From an uncultured Gemmatimonadota bacterium (GTDB lineage Bacteria; JAAXHH01), in the NCBI GenBank assembly GCA_951812955.1, contig OX638340.1, forward strand, positions 320,001 through 384,000: a stretch of 64,000 bases of DNA, read 5' to 3'. The position numbers were made by a program, and so were the translations under genes. This document shows positions 1 to 9,953 of this stretch, one piece after another; within the stretch, counting starts at the first letter, position 1; each line of letters begins with the position of its first letter. The notes under the pieces are model-generated. The model worked only from the letters and a program-made list of their open reading frames with translations, was not told the origin of the DNA and did no database searches.

Positions 1-122
1 GCGGTTACGGAATTCAGCGTGTCGTACAGTGCTTCTGTATGCATTGATCGGTATCCTTTCATCTGGCGGCTGCGGATCAGCCAGACATCGGGTCGACTCG
101 GTGAGTCTCCAGGCCACCGGCC

Positions 123-965
123 TCAGGGGCTGTACACGGTGGACTGGTTATACGGAATGATCAGGGGTTCCGGTCCGCTTTCCGGCAGATGGGATGCCCA
201 TTCCCGGGGATCGTAGTCACGGGCGACGAAACAGGCGTAATGGGCGGGCACGGCAGTTTTCAGTTCAATGGAAACGGCGATGCGGGCCGATCCGTCGAAG
301 AAGGGGAACTCGCCCTCGTTCGGGTGATTGGTCAGAAACCCGATCTGCGGACGCAGGTCCCGCACCGGTGCGAGCAGGGATTCGTGGTTGCCGAACGTAT
401 TGACCGGGTCGCCGGAGATGTACACGCGGACCGGTCCCATTTCGACGACGTAGCCCAGGTGCTGTACATCTGGCGGGGAGATGCCGTCATCGGGAAGGCC
501 GCCAGGTGGTTTAGCCCATACCGTGTGCGCCTTCGACGATCCCATTTCCGCGGTGTCCCCCGCCGTGACGACCGTCATGCTCCCGCTGTCGAATCCCGCT
601 TCCTTGAGCGCGTTTATGCTCTCGATCGGACCCACGAAACGTACATCCGGAAAGGCGGCCGACAAGCGCTCAAGCGATTCCACGCAGGTGTGATCGCCGT
701 GGTTGTGGGTCAGGAGCACATAGTCGGTCTTCAGCGTCCCCTCGTCCAGGGGCGGACCGGTGTGGACGAAGCGGTCCGCAGGCCGTTCACGGGGGTAGTA
801 GGGATCGACCTGAATTACCGTGCCGTCCGGATGCTTCAGTCCGAAAGAGCTTTGTCCGAACCAGTGTAGGCCCACGCTACCGTCGGGCACGTGCAGGTCT
901 TCGAAGGGATGCATGCGGTTATGTCCTTTCCCAGGTGTTCTGTGAAATCCATTCGCCAGGTGCAT
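123..965 (-). CDS. MBL-fold metallo-hydrolase (UlaG-like beta-lactamase superfamily)
   Basis: HxHxDH zinc motif (THNHGDHT) in the translation, with typical MBL-fold length. The N-terminal 38 aa of the ORF-track frame look like GC-rich read-through, so the start is placed at the internal ATG (Met39 = 965). Start is uncertain; alternatives are 1079 and 914. Confidence 0.72.
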   Translation of the reverse strand: MHLANGFHRTPGKGHNRMHPFEDLHVPDGSVGLHWFGQSSFGLKHPDGTVIQVDPYYPRERPADRFVHTGPPLDEGTLKTDYVLLTHNHGDHTCVESLERLSAAFPDVRFVGPIESINALKEAGFDSGSMTVVTAGDTAEMGSSKAHTVWAKPPGGLPDDGISPPDVQHLGYVVEMGPVRVYISGDPVNTFGNHESLLAPVRDLRPQIGFLTNHPNEGEFPFFDGSARIAVSIELKTAVPAHYACFVARDYDPREWASHLPESGPEPLIIPYNQSTVYSP

Positions 966-1202
966 GAAGGGCACGGAGAACTTAGCGTCCAGGCCATTGC
1001 GTGTCAAGCAGGGTAGGGGCCACGCAAGAGTTGTCCGAGCGGTAGGATTCGGCGAGGGTCCGCCAGGGCTCCTGGTCATGGACTCGTCGTGATTTGCCTT
1101 GCTCCGGCCAGGGGGCCAACTTAGACTGAACGGACCATGCTGCTATCTCGTTTTTTCAAGAAAAAAGGACGGGGTGCGGGCCCTGTTTCCCCCCAGGATC
1201 GG

Positions 1203-1796
1203 ATGATCGAGGAGCAGATCGTCGGGCGCGGCATCGACGAACCCCGGCTGATCGAGGCCGTGCGCGCCGTGCCGCGGCATCGGTTCATTCCCGAGGCGTT
1301 CAGGTCACACGCCTACGAAGACTGTGCCGTGTCTCTCGACCTGGGACAGACCGTGTCCCAACCCTATATCGTGGGACTGATGACCCGGCTGCTCGATGCG
1401 AAAGAATCGGACCGGATCCTGGAGATCGGCACGGGATCGGGCTACCAGACGGCGATCCTGGCCCGGCTCGCCCGATCCGTATACACGGTGGAACGGCTTG
1501 CCGTCCTGGGCTGGCGGGCGCGGGAGACGCTGGAATCCCTGGGGTACGACAACATCCATTACCGGATCGGAGACGGCCATGGGGGTTGGCCCGCGGAAGC
1601 GCCCTTCGACGGAATCATGGTGACGGCGGCGCCTAGGGTCCTGCCCGATGCACTGTTTCGCCAATTGAAATCCGGAGGGCGGATGGTCATCCCCATCGGG
1701 GAGGAACTGTACACCGTAACGCGATCGGGGGAAGAGACAATCAAGGTACACCATGGCGGCGTGCGGTTCGTGCCCATGGTGGAGGATGGGGCGTAG
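1203..1796 (+). CDS. pcm: protein-L-isoaspartate O-methyltransferase
   Basis: Full-length PIMT pattern: (EEQIVGRGI..AVRAVPRHRFIP..GQTVSQPYIV..LEIGTGSGYQTAILA..GDGHGGWPEAPFDGIMVTAA). The start is chosen at MIEEQ (1203), which has an AGGA 4 nt upstream. The ORF extends to 1137, giving an alternative K-rich N-terminus. Confidence 0.9.
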   Translation: MIEEQIVGRGIDEPRLIEAVRAVPRHRFIPEAFRSHAYEDCAVSLDLGQTVSQPYIVGLMTRLLDAKESDRILEIGTGSGYQTAILARLARSVYTVERLAVLGWRARETLESLGYDNIHYRIGDGHGGWPAEAPFDGIMVTAAPRVLPDALFRQLKSGGRMVIPIGEELYTVTRSGEETIKVHHGGVRFVPMVEDGA

Positions 1797-1841
1797 CGGT
1801 TTACTACTGCGATCAGACGACGCCCAGGTTTACTAATATAA

Positions 1842-2849
1842 TCAGGCAACCCCCAACACCTCGCGCGCGGCCTGCGTGGTTTCCCGTACCTGGTCCAGGG
1901 TCCCCATCCCGAACATAGAGGCCGAGACGCCGATCTCATCGAATACGTACTCGAAGGCCTTGTGTCCCAGGTAGCGGCCGCCGGCCATCGGCTTGATGGC
2001 GATGACGGGCTTGGTGGACTGCCTGATGGCGTCGATGGCTACCTCGCGGGTCGGGAACATGAAGGTGCCGGGGGCATTTACGGTGGTCAGGTAGCCGTCG
2101 ACGGGGATGTTCTCGGCCTCGAGCAACGGCAGGGTGACCCCGGCGTGGTGAACGCTCGTGATCACGGTGTCGAACCTTTCCCTCAAAAAGCCGAGGTACT
2201 CCCGGATCAGATCGAAGCGCCCGGTCATCGCGAGCAGGTCGATCTCGGCGCCCGGGTCGGCGACGAGTATATCGCACCCGGCGAAGAAGCCCAGGTATTG
2301 CTCCAGGATTCCATAATCGATCTCGAAACGGGCGGCGTCCGCTTCCGTGTACGGCGGCACGGTCTCCGGCGTGACGATGCCTTCAAAGGTGTCCCCCAGG
2401 TTGTAGCGGATGATGTCGTCGCGGCTGAAGTGGTCACGGAAGGCCTGGCCGGCCAGGCCTTCGTTACGGCCGTAGAAGGTCGAATGGGCGCGATCCGAAT
2501 AGGAGACGATTTCGCCGTCCAGCGTGACCGGGATCAGGATATACGCCACGATGCCCAGTTGCGTGGCGGTCTGTTGCTCGGTTTCCCAGATGGCCTGCAG
2601 ATGCAGCCGGTCGAGTTTGGGCAGCATGTGATCCACCTGGATGGCCGTGATGCCGCCTTCCTCGACGGCGTATCTAAGCACGTCGGCCACCGATTGTACG
2701 CGGCTGAAGGAGCGGAAATTCGCCGCATCCCGCGCCTTGTCCTGGTAGGAACAGCCATCATAGGGATGGATGCCCATGATCAGGCGGGGGACCTCGGCCT
2801 GGCCGATTCGTGTCGTGGGTACGCCGCAGCCTTCCAGATATGTCTTCAT
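1842..2849 (-). CDS. hypothetical protein (335 aa, no recognised domain)
   Basis: Long ORF with genome-typical codon bias, read divergently from the SMP-30 gene. No motif I can assign. The antisense ORF 1962..3080 is a shadow. Confidence 0.5.
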   Translation of the reverse strand: MKTYLEGCGVPTTRIGQAEVPRLIMGIHPYDGCSYQDKARDAANFRSFSRVQSVADVLRYAVEEGGITAIQVDHMLPKLDRLHLQAIWETEQQTATQLGIVAYILIPVTLDGEIVSYSDRAHSTFYGRNEGLAGQAFRDHFSRDDIIRYNLGDTFEGIVTPETVPPYTEADAARFEIDYGILEQYLGFFAGCDILVADPGAEIDLLAMTGRFDLIREYLGFLRERFDTVITSVHHAGVTLPLLEAENIPVDGYLTTVNAPGTFMFPTREVAIDAIRQSTKPVIAIKPMAGGRYLGHKAFEYVFDEIGVSASMFGMGTLDQVRETTQAAREVLGVA

Positions 2850-2971
2850 TGCATCCCGGTCCCGGACTCAGTGATTCATTCCATAGAAACCGAACGTAAC
2901 TACAGACCTAATACTGCTTTGTATATAACTCTTCAGGTTTGGATAATATACACCTTTGAATACCTGGTATG

Positions 2972-3012
2972 CAAGTCCCGGCCGTCTTGGAATACAAGTC
3001 CCGGCCGTCTTG
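2972..3012. repeat. direct repeat (18-21 bp x2, period 23) in divergent promoter region
   Basis: CAAGTCCCGGCCGTCTTG at 2972-2989 and 2995-3012, each preceded by (T)ATRC. It lies between the divergent starts of the 335-aa gene and the SMP-30 gene. Confidence 0.6.
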
Positions 3013-3204
3013 CCACACACGTTCCCGGAATCCCGTGCCGGCCCCATCGGATTTCCCCCATGTCCCGCCTTGACCCTTGACATCTTTTGGTATATATACT
3101 TGCAATCCCGTCGATACGTCCTTCCCCGGCGGTACCGCACGCGTACATTTCTGTTCTCTGGCAGGTCGATTTCTGCCTTCATGACCGATCAACCGGAGTA
3201 TGCC

Positions 3205-4119
3205 ATGTTGGCGACCATTGAAAAGATTGCAGAAGTAGATGCGATGGTGGGCGAGGGGCCCGTCTGGGATCCGGACAGCGGGACGCTGATGTGGACCGAC
3301 ATCCGGACCGGCAGGTTCTTCTCGTATGACCCGGCGACGAATCAGAACCGCCAGGTGCACGACGGCTTCAACGTCGGCGGGTTCGCCTTCAACGAATACG
3401 GCGGCCTTGTGGCCTGCATCTGGGACGGCGTCGTACTATGGAACTCCGACGAGGACTGGGTGCGCATTTTCGACGAGACCCATGAAGGAGAACCGTTGTG
3501 CTTCAATGACGTGACGGCCGACCCCGGCGGCCGGATGTTCGCTGGCTCCCTGATCGACGGCGGTCTGGGTAAACTGTACCGCTTCGATCCGGACGGCGGG
3601 GTGGAAGTCATCGAGGAGGGGATCGGGTGCAGCAACGGCATGGGTTACTCGCCGGACGAATCCATCATGTACTACACCGATTCGGCCGTGCGGACGATCT
3701 ACGCCTATAACTACGATCGGGCGACCGGCTCGGTCTCCAACCGGCGGGATTTCGTCAAGCTGCCCGATACGGCGGGTGTGCCGGACGGGATGACCGTCGA
3801 TTCTGAAGGTTACGTCTGGACGGCGGTCTGGTTCGACGGATGCATTATCCGGTTCGACCCGGACGGCGTGGAGGAGCGTCGCATCGCGCTACCGGCTATA
3901 CAGACTTCGAGCGTCATGTTCGGAGGTCCGGATCTGACTGACATCTACGTCACGACCGCCGGGATCGAAGTGGTACCCGGCTCGCCCCTCGACCCCAAGG
4001 ACTACGATTGGGAGGCATACGGACAGGGTTACCGCGGCGGCGGCCTGTTCCGCGTACGGCAGGACATTCAAGGCAAGCCCGAATACAAAGCCCGTTTTCC
4101 GTGGCCTGATAAATCATGA
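3205..4119 (+). CDS. SMP-30/gluconolactonase/LRE-like (regucalcin family) beta-propeller hydrolase
   Basis: EGPVWD...LMWTD... repeated propeller-blade pattern. GGAG sits 7 nt before the ATG at 3205. Alternative ATG at 3181 (MTDQPEY). The ORF-track start at 2956 is upstream read-through. Confidence 0.82.
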   Translation: MLATIEKIAEVDAMVGEGPVWDPDSGTLMWTDIRTGRFFSYDPATNQNRQVHDGFNVGGFAFNEYGGLVACIWDGVVLWNSDEDWVRIFDETHEGEPLCFNDVTADPGGRMFAGSLIDGGLGKLYRFDPDGGVEVIEEGIGCSNGMGYSPDESIMYYTDSAVRTIYAYNYDRATGSVSNRRDFVKLPDTAGVPDGMTVDSEGYVWTAVWFDGCIIRFDPDGVEERRIALPAIQTSSVMFGGPDLTDIYVTTAGIEVVPGSPLDPKDYDWEAYGQGYRGGGLFRVRQDIQGKPEYKARFPWPDKS

Positions 4120-4131
4120 CAGGAGGAATGA

Positions 4132-5676
4132 ATGGCCTTCGACGTCGTCATTCGCGGCGGTGAGGTGATCGATGGTACAGGGAAGACCGGCCGGTACCGG
4201 GCGGACGTGGGACTGCGGGACGGCCGCGTGGAGGGGATCGGAGACCTGGCGAATGTCGAGGCCGCCCGGACCATCGACGCCGGGGGCCACATCGTCTGCC
4301 CCGGCTTTATCGACGTCCACGTACACTCCGAGAATTCCCTGCTTGGCGGCCGCGACCAGATGGGCGGTCTCCGTCAGGGCGTGACGACCCACTTGCTCGC
4401 GCCGGATGGATTCGGCTGGGCGGGTTTGGCTCCCGAGGATGCCCTGCCCCTATGGCACTACACGCAGTTTGCCTACGGCGAGCCTTTGGAACCGGTCAAT
4501 TGGCCCACCATCGAATCCTACCTGGACCTCTTTCCCGGCCGCTCGCCGGCCAACGTGTATCCGCAGGTTCCGCACTGCGCCGTCCGCGTCAAGGCCATGG
4601 GCTGGGATCCCGGGCCTCCGAGTCCGGACCAGTTGAGAGTCATGGAAACCGAGACCCGTGCGTGGATGGAAGCCGGCGCCGGATGCCTCTGCCTGGGACT
4701 GGACTACCAGCCCAGCGCCAACGCGCCTTTCGAGGAACTGGTGGCGCTGTGCAAGGTGGCCCTGGAATACGACGGGATCTACGCCGCACACCTGAGGTAC
4801 CAGATCCTGGGAAGGGACCGGGCCTGGCAGGAGATCATCGACCTGAATCGCGCAAGCGGCATACCCGTTCATGTATCCCACGAACGCGTCGACGGCATGA
4901 CGGGTCCGATCCTTGAACAGGCGATGAAGGACGGTGTGGACATCACCTTCGAGTCCTATCTCTACCCGGCCGGCATGACGCATATCACGATGCAACTGCC
5001 CATGTGGATCCAGACGGGCAGTCCGGATGAAGTCCTCGAAAAAATGCGCCAGCCGGATACCCGCCGCGAGGCGCTCGAATATCTGAAATCGACGAACCTG
5101 GCTGACAGGCAGTACATCGGATATACGCGATCCGGCAAGTTCGCGGGGATGACCCTGGGCGAGGCCGCGCGGAGCGTGAACAAGTCCAACGAGGAGTTTG
5201 CCTACGACCTTGTGCTCGATGAAGACGGAATACAGACGTTCATCATGTTCTGGCCGGTTCCACAGGAGGAAGTCGACACCGTGTTGAACCGGACGGCGCC
5301 CCATCCCCTCATGATGGTCGCCAGCGACGGCGTCTATGATTGTACCCATCCCCATCCCCGGGGGCAGGGATGTTTCGCCCAGATGCTCAGGAAATTCGTA
5401 AGGGAGCGCGATCTGCTCTCCCTTGAAGAAGCCGTATACAAGATGAGCGGCTTCCCGGCGGAACGTTACCGGTTGAAAGACCGGGGCGTGTTGCGCGAAG
5501 GCGCTCCGGCGGACGTGGTCGTCTTCGATCCTCAGACCGTGGCCGACCGGGCTACCTTTGAAGCGCCGATTCAACCTCCCGACGGCATTCCCCATGTTTT
5601 CGTCAACGGCATTCCGGTTATCGAAGACCACGAGCCCACGAAGCACCGTCCGGGCCAGGTCCTGCGCAGAGGATAG
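4132..5676 (+). CDS. N-acyl-D-amino-acid deacylase (D-aminoacylase) family amidohydrolase
   Basis: N-terminus DVVIRGGEVIDGTG...GHIVCPGFIDVHVH gives the metal-binding HxH of the amidohydrolase fold. About 510 aa, typical for D-aminoacylases. AGGAGG precedes the ATG. Confidence 0.85.
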   Translation: MAFDVVIRGGEVIDGTGKTGRYRADVGLRDGRVEGIGDLANVEAARTIDAGGHIVCPGFIDVHVHSENSLLGGRDQMGGLRQGVTTHLLAPDGFGWAGLAPEDALPLWHYTQFAYGEPLEPVNWPTIESYLDLFPGRSPANVYPQVPHCAVRVKAMGWDPGPPSPDQLRVMETETRAWMEAGAGCLCLGLDYQPSANAPFEELVALCKVALEYDGIYAAHLRYQILGRDRAWQEIIDLNRASGIPVHVSHERVDGMTGPILEQAMKDGVDITFESYLYPAGMTHITMQLPMWIQTGSPDEVLEKMRQPDTRREALEYLKSTNLADRQYIGYTRSGKFAGMTLGEAARSVNKSNEEFAYDLVLDEDGIQTFIMFWPVPQEEVDTVLNRTAPHPLMMVASDGVYDCTHPHPRGQGCFAQMLRKFVRERDLLSLEEAVYKMSGFPAERYRLKDRGVLREGAPADVVVFDPQTVADRATFEAPIQPPDGIPHVFVNGIPVIEDHEPTKHRPGQVLRRG

Positions 5677-5697
5677 GAAGGGAAGAGTTTCAACTAC

Positions 5698-7500
5698 ATG
5701 GATTGGGATCTGGCTTCATACTTTCCTGCTTTTGACGGACCGGAGATGCGCCGATTCAAGGCCGACCTGAAGGCCGACCTGGATGCTTTGCAGTCCGAAG
5801 CATCGGACACGGCGGTACTGGACTCCGGTAACCAGGAAGCGTGGGAGCGTATTGTCCTCTCCTTCGAAAGTGCCGTCACCCGGTTGAGGCACCTGGGTTC
5901 CTATGTCTCCTGTATAAACTCCGCCGACGCGAACAACGAAGATTTCGCCGCCGAGGAAGGCGCGTTGAGCCTGCTGGACGCACGGATGTCGAAGGTTCAC
6001 GTCGAACTGCAGCGGGGGTTCGAGTCTTCTTCAGACGAGGATTTCGAAACTTTCGTTACCCGTCCCGCGCTCCGCGACGCCCGGTACCGTATCTCGCGTA
6101 TACGGGAGCAATCCCGGCATACCATGTCCACGGAAAAAGAACACCTGGCATCGGACCTGGGCGTAGACGGTATCGAGGCCTGGGGCCGTCTATACGACCG
6201 GATATCGGGCAAGCTGACCTTCGAGATGGCTTATCCGGACGGCCGGCGGGAAGAGATTCCCATGTCGCAGCGACGGGCCCTCATGGAACACCCCGACCGG
6301 CGGGTTCGCCGCGCCGCCTTCGAGGGGGGCAACGAGGCCTGGGCGTCTGTCGAAACCGTGCCGGCAGCCGCGTTGAACGCCATCGGGGGCACGCGGTTGA
6401 CGCTGTACCGCCATCGAGGCATGGACCACTATCTCGACCGGGCCCTCTTCCAGGCGGCGATCTCACGGGAGACGCTGGAAGCCATGTTTGAAGCCGTTTT
6501 CGCTGAGATCGACATCGCCCGGAACATCCTGGCGTTCAAGGCGAGCCTCATGGGCGGCGAAAATTTGGGCTGGTACGATATCTCGGCGCCCCTGACTGTA
6601 CCGCACCAGGACGAACCTTCCTGGGATGACGCCACGGCCCTGGTGCATCGGGCCTTTGCGGCCGGGTATCCGGCCCTGGCGGACTATACGGCCGAGGCTT
6701 ACGAGAAAAAATGGATCGACTGGTCGCCACTACCGGGCAAGCGCCCCGGAGCCTTCTGCACCGGATCTCCCCTTACGAAAGAGTCCCGGGTCTACATGAC
6801 CTACAACGACAACATGGGCGACGTGCTGACCCTCGCCCACGAGCTGGGACACGCCTTTCATGGCCATTTGATGCGTTCGGAACGTACGCTGAACCGCGCC
6901 TATCCGATGACCCTCGCCGAATCGGCTTCCACCTTCGGCGAGATGCTGCTCATGCGCGGGTTGCTGGATGAGCCAGGGGTCGGCGCGGAGACCAGGGCAT
7001 TTCTGCTCAACCTGGAGGCCAGCGACGGGGCCACCTACCTGCTGGACATTCCCGTGAGATTCGAGTTTGAGAAAGCGTTTCATGATGAAAGGCCGAACGG
7101 CGAAGTCGCTGTCGGACGGTTGAAGGAACTGATGGTCGACACACAGCGCCGCGTACTGGGGGACGTACTGGATCCCGCGGGCGCCGATCCCTATTTCTGG
7201 GCGTCCAAACTCCATTTTTACATCACGGATACCACGTTTTACAATTTTCCCTATACCTTCGGCTTCCTGCTCAGCCGGGGTCTCTTCGCCCAATACGAGC
7301 AGGAAGGCCCGGATTTTCTACCGAGATACGAACAATACCTGAAACTGACTGGTAGCGACACGGCCGAAAACGTGGTCCAGCGAACCGTTGGGATCGACCT
7401 CACCGAACCTGGGTTCTGGTCCGACGCCATACGCAGCCTGGAGGGCGTTCTGGATCAGCTCAAGGCCAGTGTGGCTGATAGCCGGGCCGTGTTGAACTAG
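5698..7500 (+). CDS. pepF: oligoendopeptidase F (peptidase M3B)
   Basis: HEXXH zinc motif (HELGHAFHGHL), about 600 aa, M3B PepF architecture. SD is GAAGGGAAGAG. Confidence 0.9.
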   Translation: MDWDLASYFPAFDGPEMRRFKADLKADLDALQSEASDTAVLDSGNQEAWERIVLSFESAVTRLRHLGSYVSCINSADANNEDFAAEEGALSLLDARMSKVHVELQRGFESSSDEDFETFVTRPALRDARYRISRIREQSRHTMSTEKEHLASDLGVDGIEAWGRLYDRISGKLTFEMAYPDGRREEIPMSQRRALMEHPDRRVRRAAFEGGNEAWASVETVPAAALNAIGGTRLTLYRHRGMDHYLDRALFQAAISRETLEAMFEAVFAEIDIARNILAFKASLMGGENLGWYDISAPLTVPHQDEPSWDDATALVHRAFAAGYPALADYTAEAYEKKWIDWSPLPGKRPGAFCTGSPLTKESRVYMTYNDNMGDVLTLAHELGHAFHGHLMRSERTLNRAYPMTLAESASTFGEMLLMRGLLDEPGVGAETRAFLLNLEASDGATYLLDIPVRFEFEKAFHDERPNGEVAVGRLKELMVDTQRRVLGDVLDPAGADPYFWASKLHFYITDTTFYNFPYTFGFLLSRGLFAQYEQEGPDFLPRYEQYLKLTGSDTAENVVQRTVGIDLTEPGFWSDAIRSLEGVLDQLKASVADSRAVLN

Positions 7501-7551
7501 CAGGATCGCCGAATAAAAAGGACCGAGCAGGAAAGAAAGGACCGGTAGTGT

Positions 7552-8304
7552 ATGACGAAGGTGATCGCGGGGGCACGCAACCGTTTCCACGGCGTGGAAG
7601 TTGGTTCCGAAGACCTGCCCGATACACCGGATGGATTCAGGGAGCGCCTGGACCATTCGATCCGGGAGTGGAAGGCGGAGGATCTCCAGGTTGCCTGGTT
7701 CAAGGTTCCACTTTCCCGGGCCTTCCTCATTCCCCCACTGGTGGACGCGGGCGGAGTATTCCATCATAGTACCACCGACTACCTGATGCTGACGCTCCGC
7801 CTGGCCGAAGGCGCCTTCGTGCCGCTGTACGCTACCCATTACATCGGCGCGGGCGGCGTGGTGATCAACGAGAAGGACGAACTGCTCGTGGTCTGCGAAC
7901 GGTTTCGCGGGGGACGGGCGCCGTATTACAAGCTGCCCGGAGGCGCGCTACAGCCGGAGGAACACCTGGCCGAGGGCGTGGTCCGGGAAGTATTCGAGGA
8001 AACGGGCGTGCCGACCAGTTTCGACGGCCTGGTCTGCTTCCGGCACTGGCATGGCTACCGGTACGACAAGTCGGACATCTATTTCGTCTGCCGGTTGAAG
8101 CCGCTGCACCAGATCATCAAAATGCAGGCCACGGAGATCGAAGAGTGTTTCTGGATGCCCGTGGATACTTATATGGGATCTGAAAACGTCAGCCAGTTCA
8201 ACAAGCTCATCGTCAAGGCCGCGGTGGAAAACGAAGGCCTGAAGGAAACATGGGTCGACGGATACGGCGACCCGGACCGGTACGAGTTTTTCATGCCGGA
8301 GTAG
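7552..8304 (+). CDS. NUDIX hydrolase
   Basis: NUDIX box GGALQPEEHLAEGVVREVFEETG (Gx5Ex7REUxEExGU). Confidence 0.85.
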   Translation: MTKVIAGARNRFHGVEVGSEDLPDTPDGFRERLDHSIREWKAEDLQVAWFKVPLSRAFLIPPLVDAGGVFHHSTTDYLMLTLRLAEGAFVPLYATHYIGAGGVVINEKDELLVVCERFRGGRAPYYKLPGGALQPEEHLAEGVVREVFEETGVPTSFDGLVCFRHWHGYRYDKSDIYFVCRLKPLHQIIKMQATEIEECFWMPVDTYMGSENVSQFNKLIVKAAVENEGLKETWVDGYGDPDRYEFFMPE

Positions 8305-8376
8305 TTCCGCGGTTTTTGGACCGATTCTAACTGAGGGAATGTCAACCGGTCAACTTATCTCAACGAGGACCAACCC

Positions 8377-9783
8377 ATGGCTAAATCACGCCGGCGAAGG
8401 AAGAAGCGTCCCAATATCGTATTGCTGGGCGTGGATTCCCTTCTGGCCGATCACATGAGCTGTTACGGATACCATCGGCACACAACGCCCCATATCGACC
8501 GGTTCGCCGAGGGCGGCGCGCTGTTCGAGAAGACGTACAGCGCCCATATCCCCACGACAAGCGCCTATGCCTCCATGCTGACCGGCCTGGACGCCTTTGG
8601 CACCCAGGTAGTAGCCCTGCGTCACAAGGGCGGACTCCGGGAGGACGTGCAGACGCTGCCCGAGATCCTGCGGGAGCACGGATATGCGTCCACCTGCGTG
8701 GGTTTTGGGGGAAACCCGTCCTCGCGAGGTTTCGACAAGTACATCGAGTATCCGAGCTGGGGCAGCTGGAACGAGGGGCGCAGTCCCAAGGCGCAGAATC
8801 TGAACGACGTGGCGATTCCGGAGCTGGACCGGCTGGCCAAACGGCGCGGACCTTTCTTCCTTTTTCTGCGCCACATGGATCCTCATGCGCCGTACCTGCC
8901 GCCGGAACCCTACGAACGCATGTTCTATCACGGCGACGAGTGCGATCCGAAAAACAAGTCCATGGATCCCGTCAAGGCGTTCAAACCCTTCTGTGATTTC
9001 TTCGCCGCGTGGATGCCGCCCGACATCACCGACAAAGACTACGTCATAGCCCAGTACGACGGCGCCGTCGCGTACATGGACGCCTGTATCCAGACCATCT
9101 TCAACGCCCTGGAAGCCCACGGTATCATGGACGAAACGATCGTGATCCTCAACGGGGACCACGGCGAGACCCTTTACGACCACGAATGCTGGTTCGATCA
9201 CCACGGACTCTACGATGTGACGCTCCACGTGCCGCTCATCATCCGGTATCCTGGCAGGATCCCCGGGGGTAGCCGCATCAGCGGGTACAACCAGCACAAG
9301 GATCTCGTACCCACCATCATGGATTTGGCCGAAATCGATGCGGAGATCGACTACGACGGGGACAGCCTGATGGCGCTGGTCGACGGCACGGTTTCCTCCT
9401 TCGACAGCGAGTTCTATATCACCGAGTGCACGTGGATGCGCAAGCACGGCTGGCGGACGCCGCAGTGGAAGCTGATGGTCGCCCTCGAGCCGGATTTCCA
9501 CTTCAAGCCGCCGGTCGAGCTGTACAACCTGGTGGAGGACCCGGACGAGAACCGGAACCTGGCCGATGAGCTGCCGGAAGTGGTCAACCTGCTCAAGCGG
9601 CGGATGAACAACTGGATACGGAAACGGGTGAAAGAGACCGGAAAGCGTAATCCCATGCTTACCCAGGGGGACTGGCATGGGCACGAGGGCGTGGGTGCCT
9701 TCAAGACATCGCAGCAGGCCTACGACACGATGCACATCGGCGACCCCAATCAGGCCGCCAGTCTGCAGGCGCGCAGCAGGTAG
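8377..9783 (+). CDS. sulfatase-like hydrolase/transferase (alkaline phosphatase superfamily); formylglycine Cys replaced by Thr
   Basis: N-terminal sulfatase-domain pattern (PNIVLLGVDSL...CYGY...TPHIDRFAEGGALF...YASMLTG), with metal ligands later (NGDHGE). The C-x-P-x-R FGly motif is T-T-S-A-Y here. The N-terminus is strongly basic (MAKSRRRRKKRPN). Confidence 0.8.
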   Translation: MAKSRRRRKKRPNIVLLGVDSLLADHMSCYGYHRHTTPHIDRFAEGGALFEKTYSAHIPTTSAYASMLTGLDAFGTQVVALRHKGGLREDVQTLPEILREHGYASTCVGFGGNPSSRGFDKYIEYPSWGSWNEGRSPKAQNLNDVAIPELDRLAKRRGPFFLFLRHMDPHAPYLPPEPYERMFYHGDECDPKNKSMDPVKAFKPFCDFFAAWMPPDITDKDYVIAQYDGAVAYMDACIQTIFNALEAHGIMDETIVILNGDHGETLYDHECWFDHHGLYDVTLHVPLIIRYPGRIPGGSRISGYNQHKDLVPTIMDLAEIDAEIDYDGDSLMALVDGTVSSFDSEFYITECTWMRKHGWRTPQWKLMVALEPDFHFKPPVELYNLVEDPDENRNLADELPEVVNLLKRRMNNWIRKRVKETGKRNPMLTQGDWHGHEGVGAFKTSQQAYDTMHIGDPNQAASLQARSR

Positions 9784-9953
9784 AGCGCACCGCGCCTCGC
9801 GCAGCAGGTATAGCGCACCGCGCACCGCGCCTCGCGCACCGAAGTCGAAACCTGGTGTTTAAAACCCGGCTGTTTAATCTGCACAAGTAACGGTAAACTA
9901 CAGTTTAACGCGCGTAAGACGAACACGGAATACCCGCAAAGGAGTGTTAGAAG

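Noticed and set aside
189-869. Long antisense ORFs opposite real genes: 189..869, 1962..3080, 4450..5646, 8386..9825, 9750..10991, 16299..17102, 17489..18370, 19746..20525, 20471..21472, 27390..28646, 31267..31926, 32376..33164, 34427..35173, 36039..36848, 38587..39408, 39363..40163, 40692..41606, 44289..45134, 50404..51231, 51422..52108, 55892..56752, 56867..57724, 61352..62215, 62529..63212
   Set aside because: The translations are Arg/Pro/Gly-rich and low-complexity with no motifs. They lie opposite ORFs with clear domain signatures. These are expected GC-rich shadow frames.
9784-9845. Terminator or repeat after the sulfatase-like gene (AGCGCACCGCGCCTCGCGCA x2)
   Set aside because: There is a direct but not inverted repeat, with no stem-loop plus U-tract. 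It may be a trivial duplication, and the support is too weak for a feature call.
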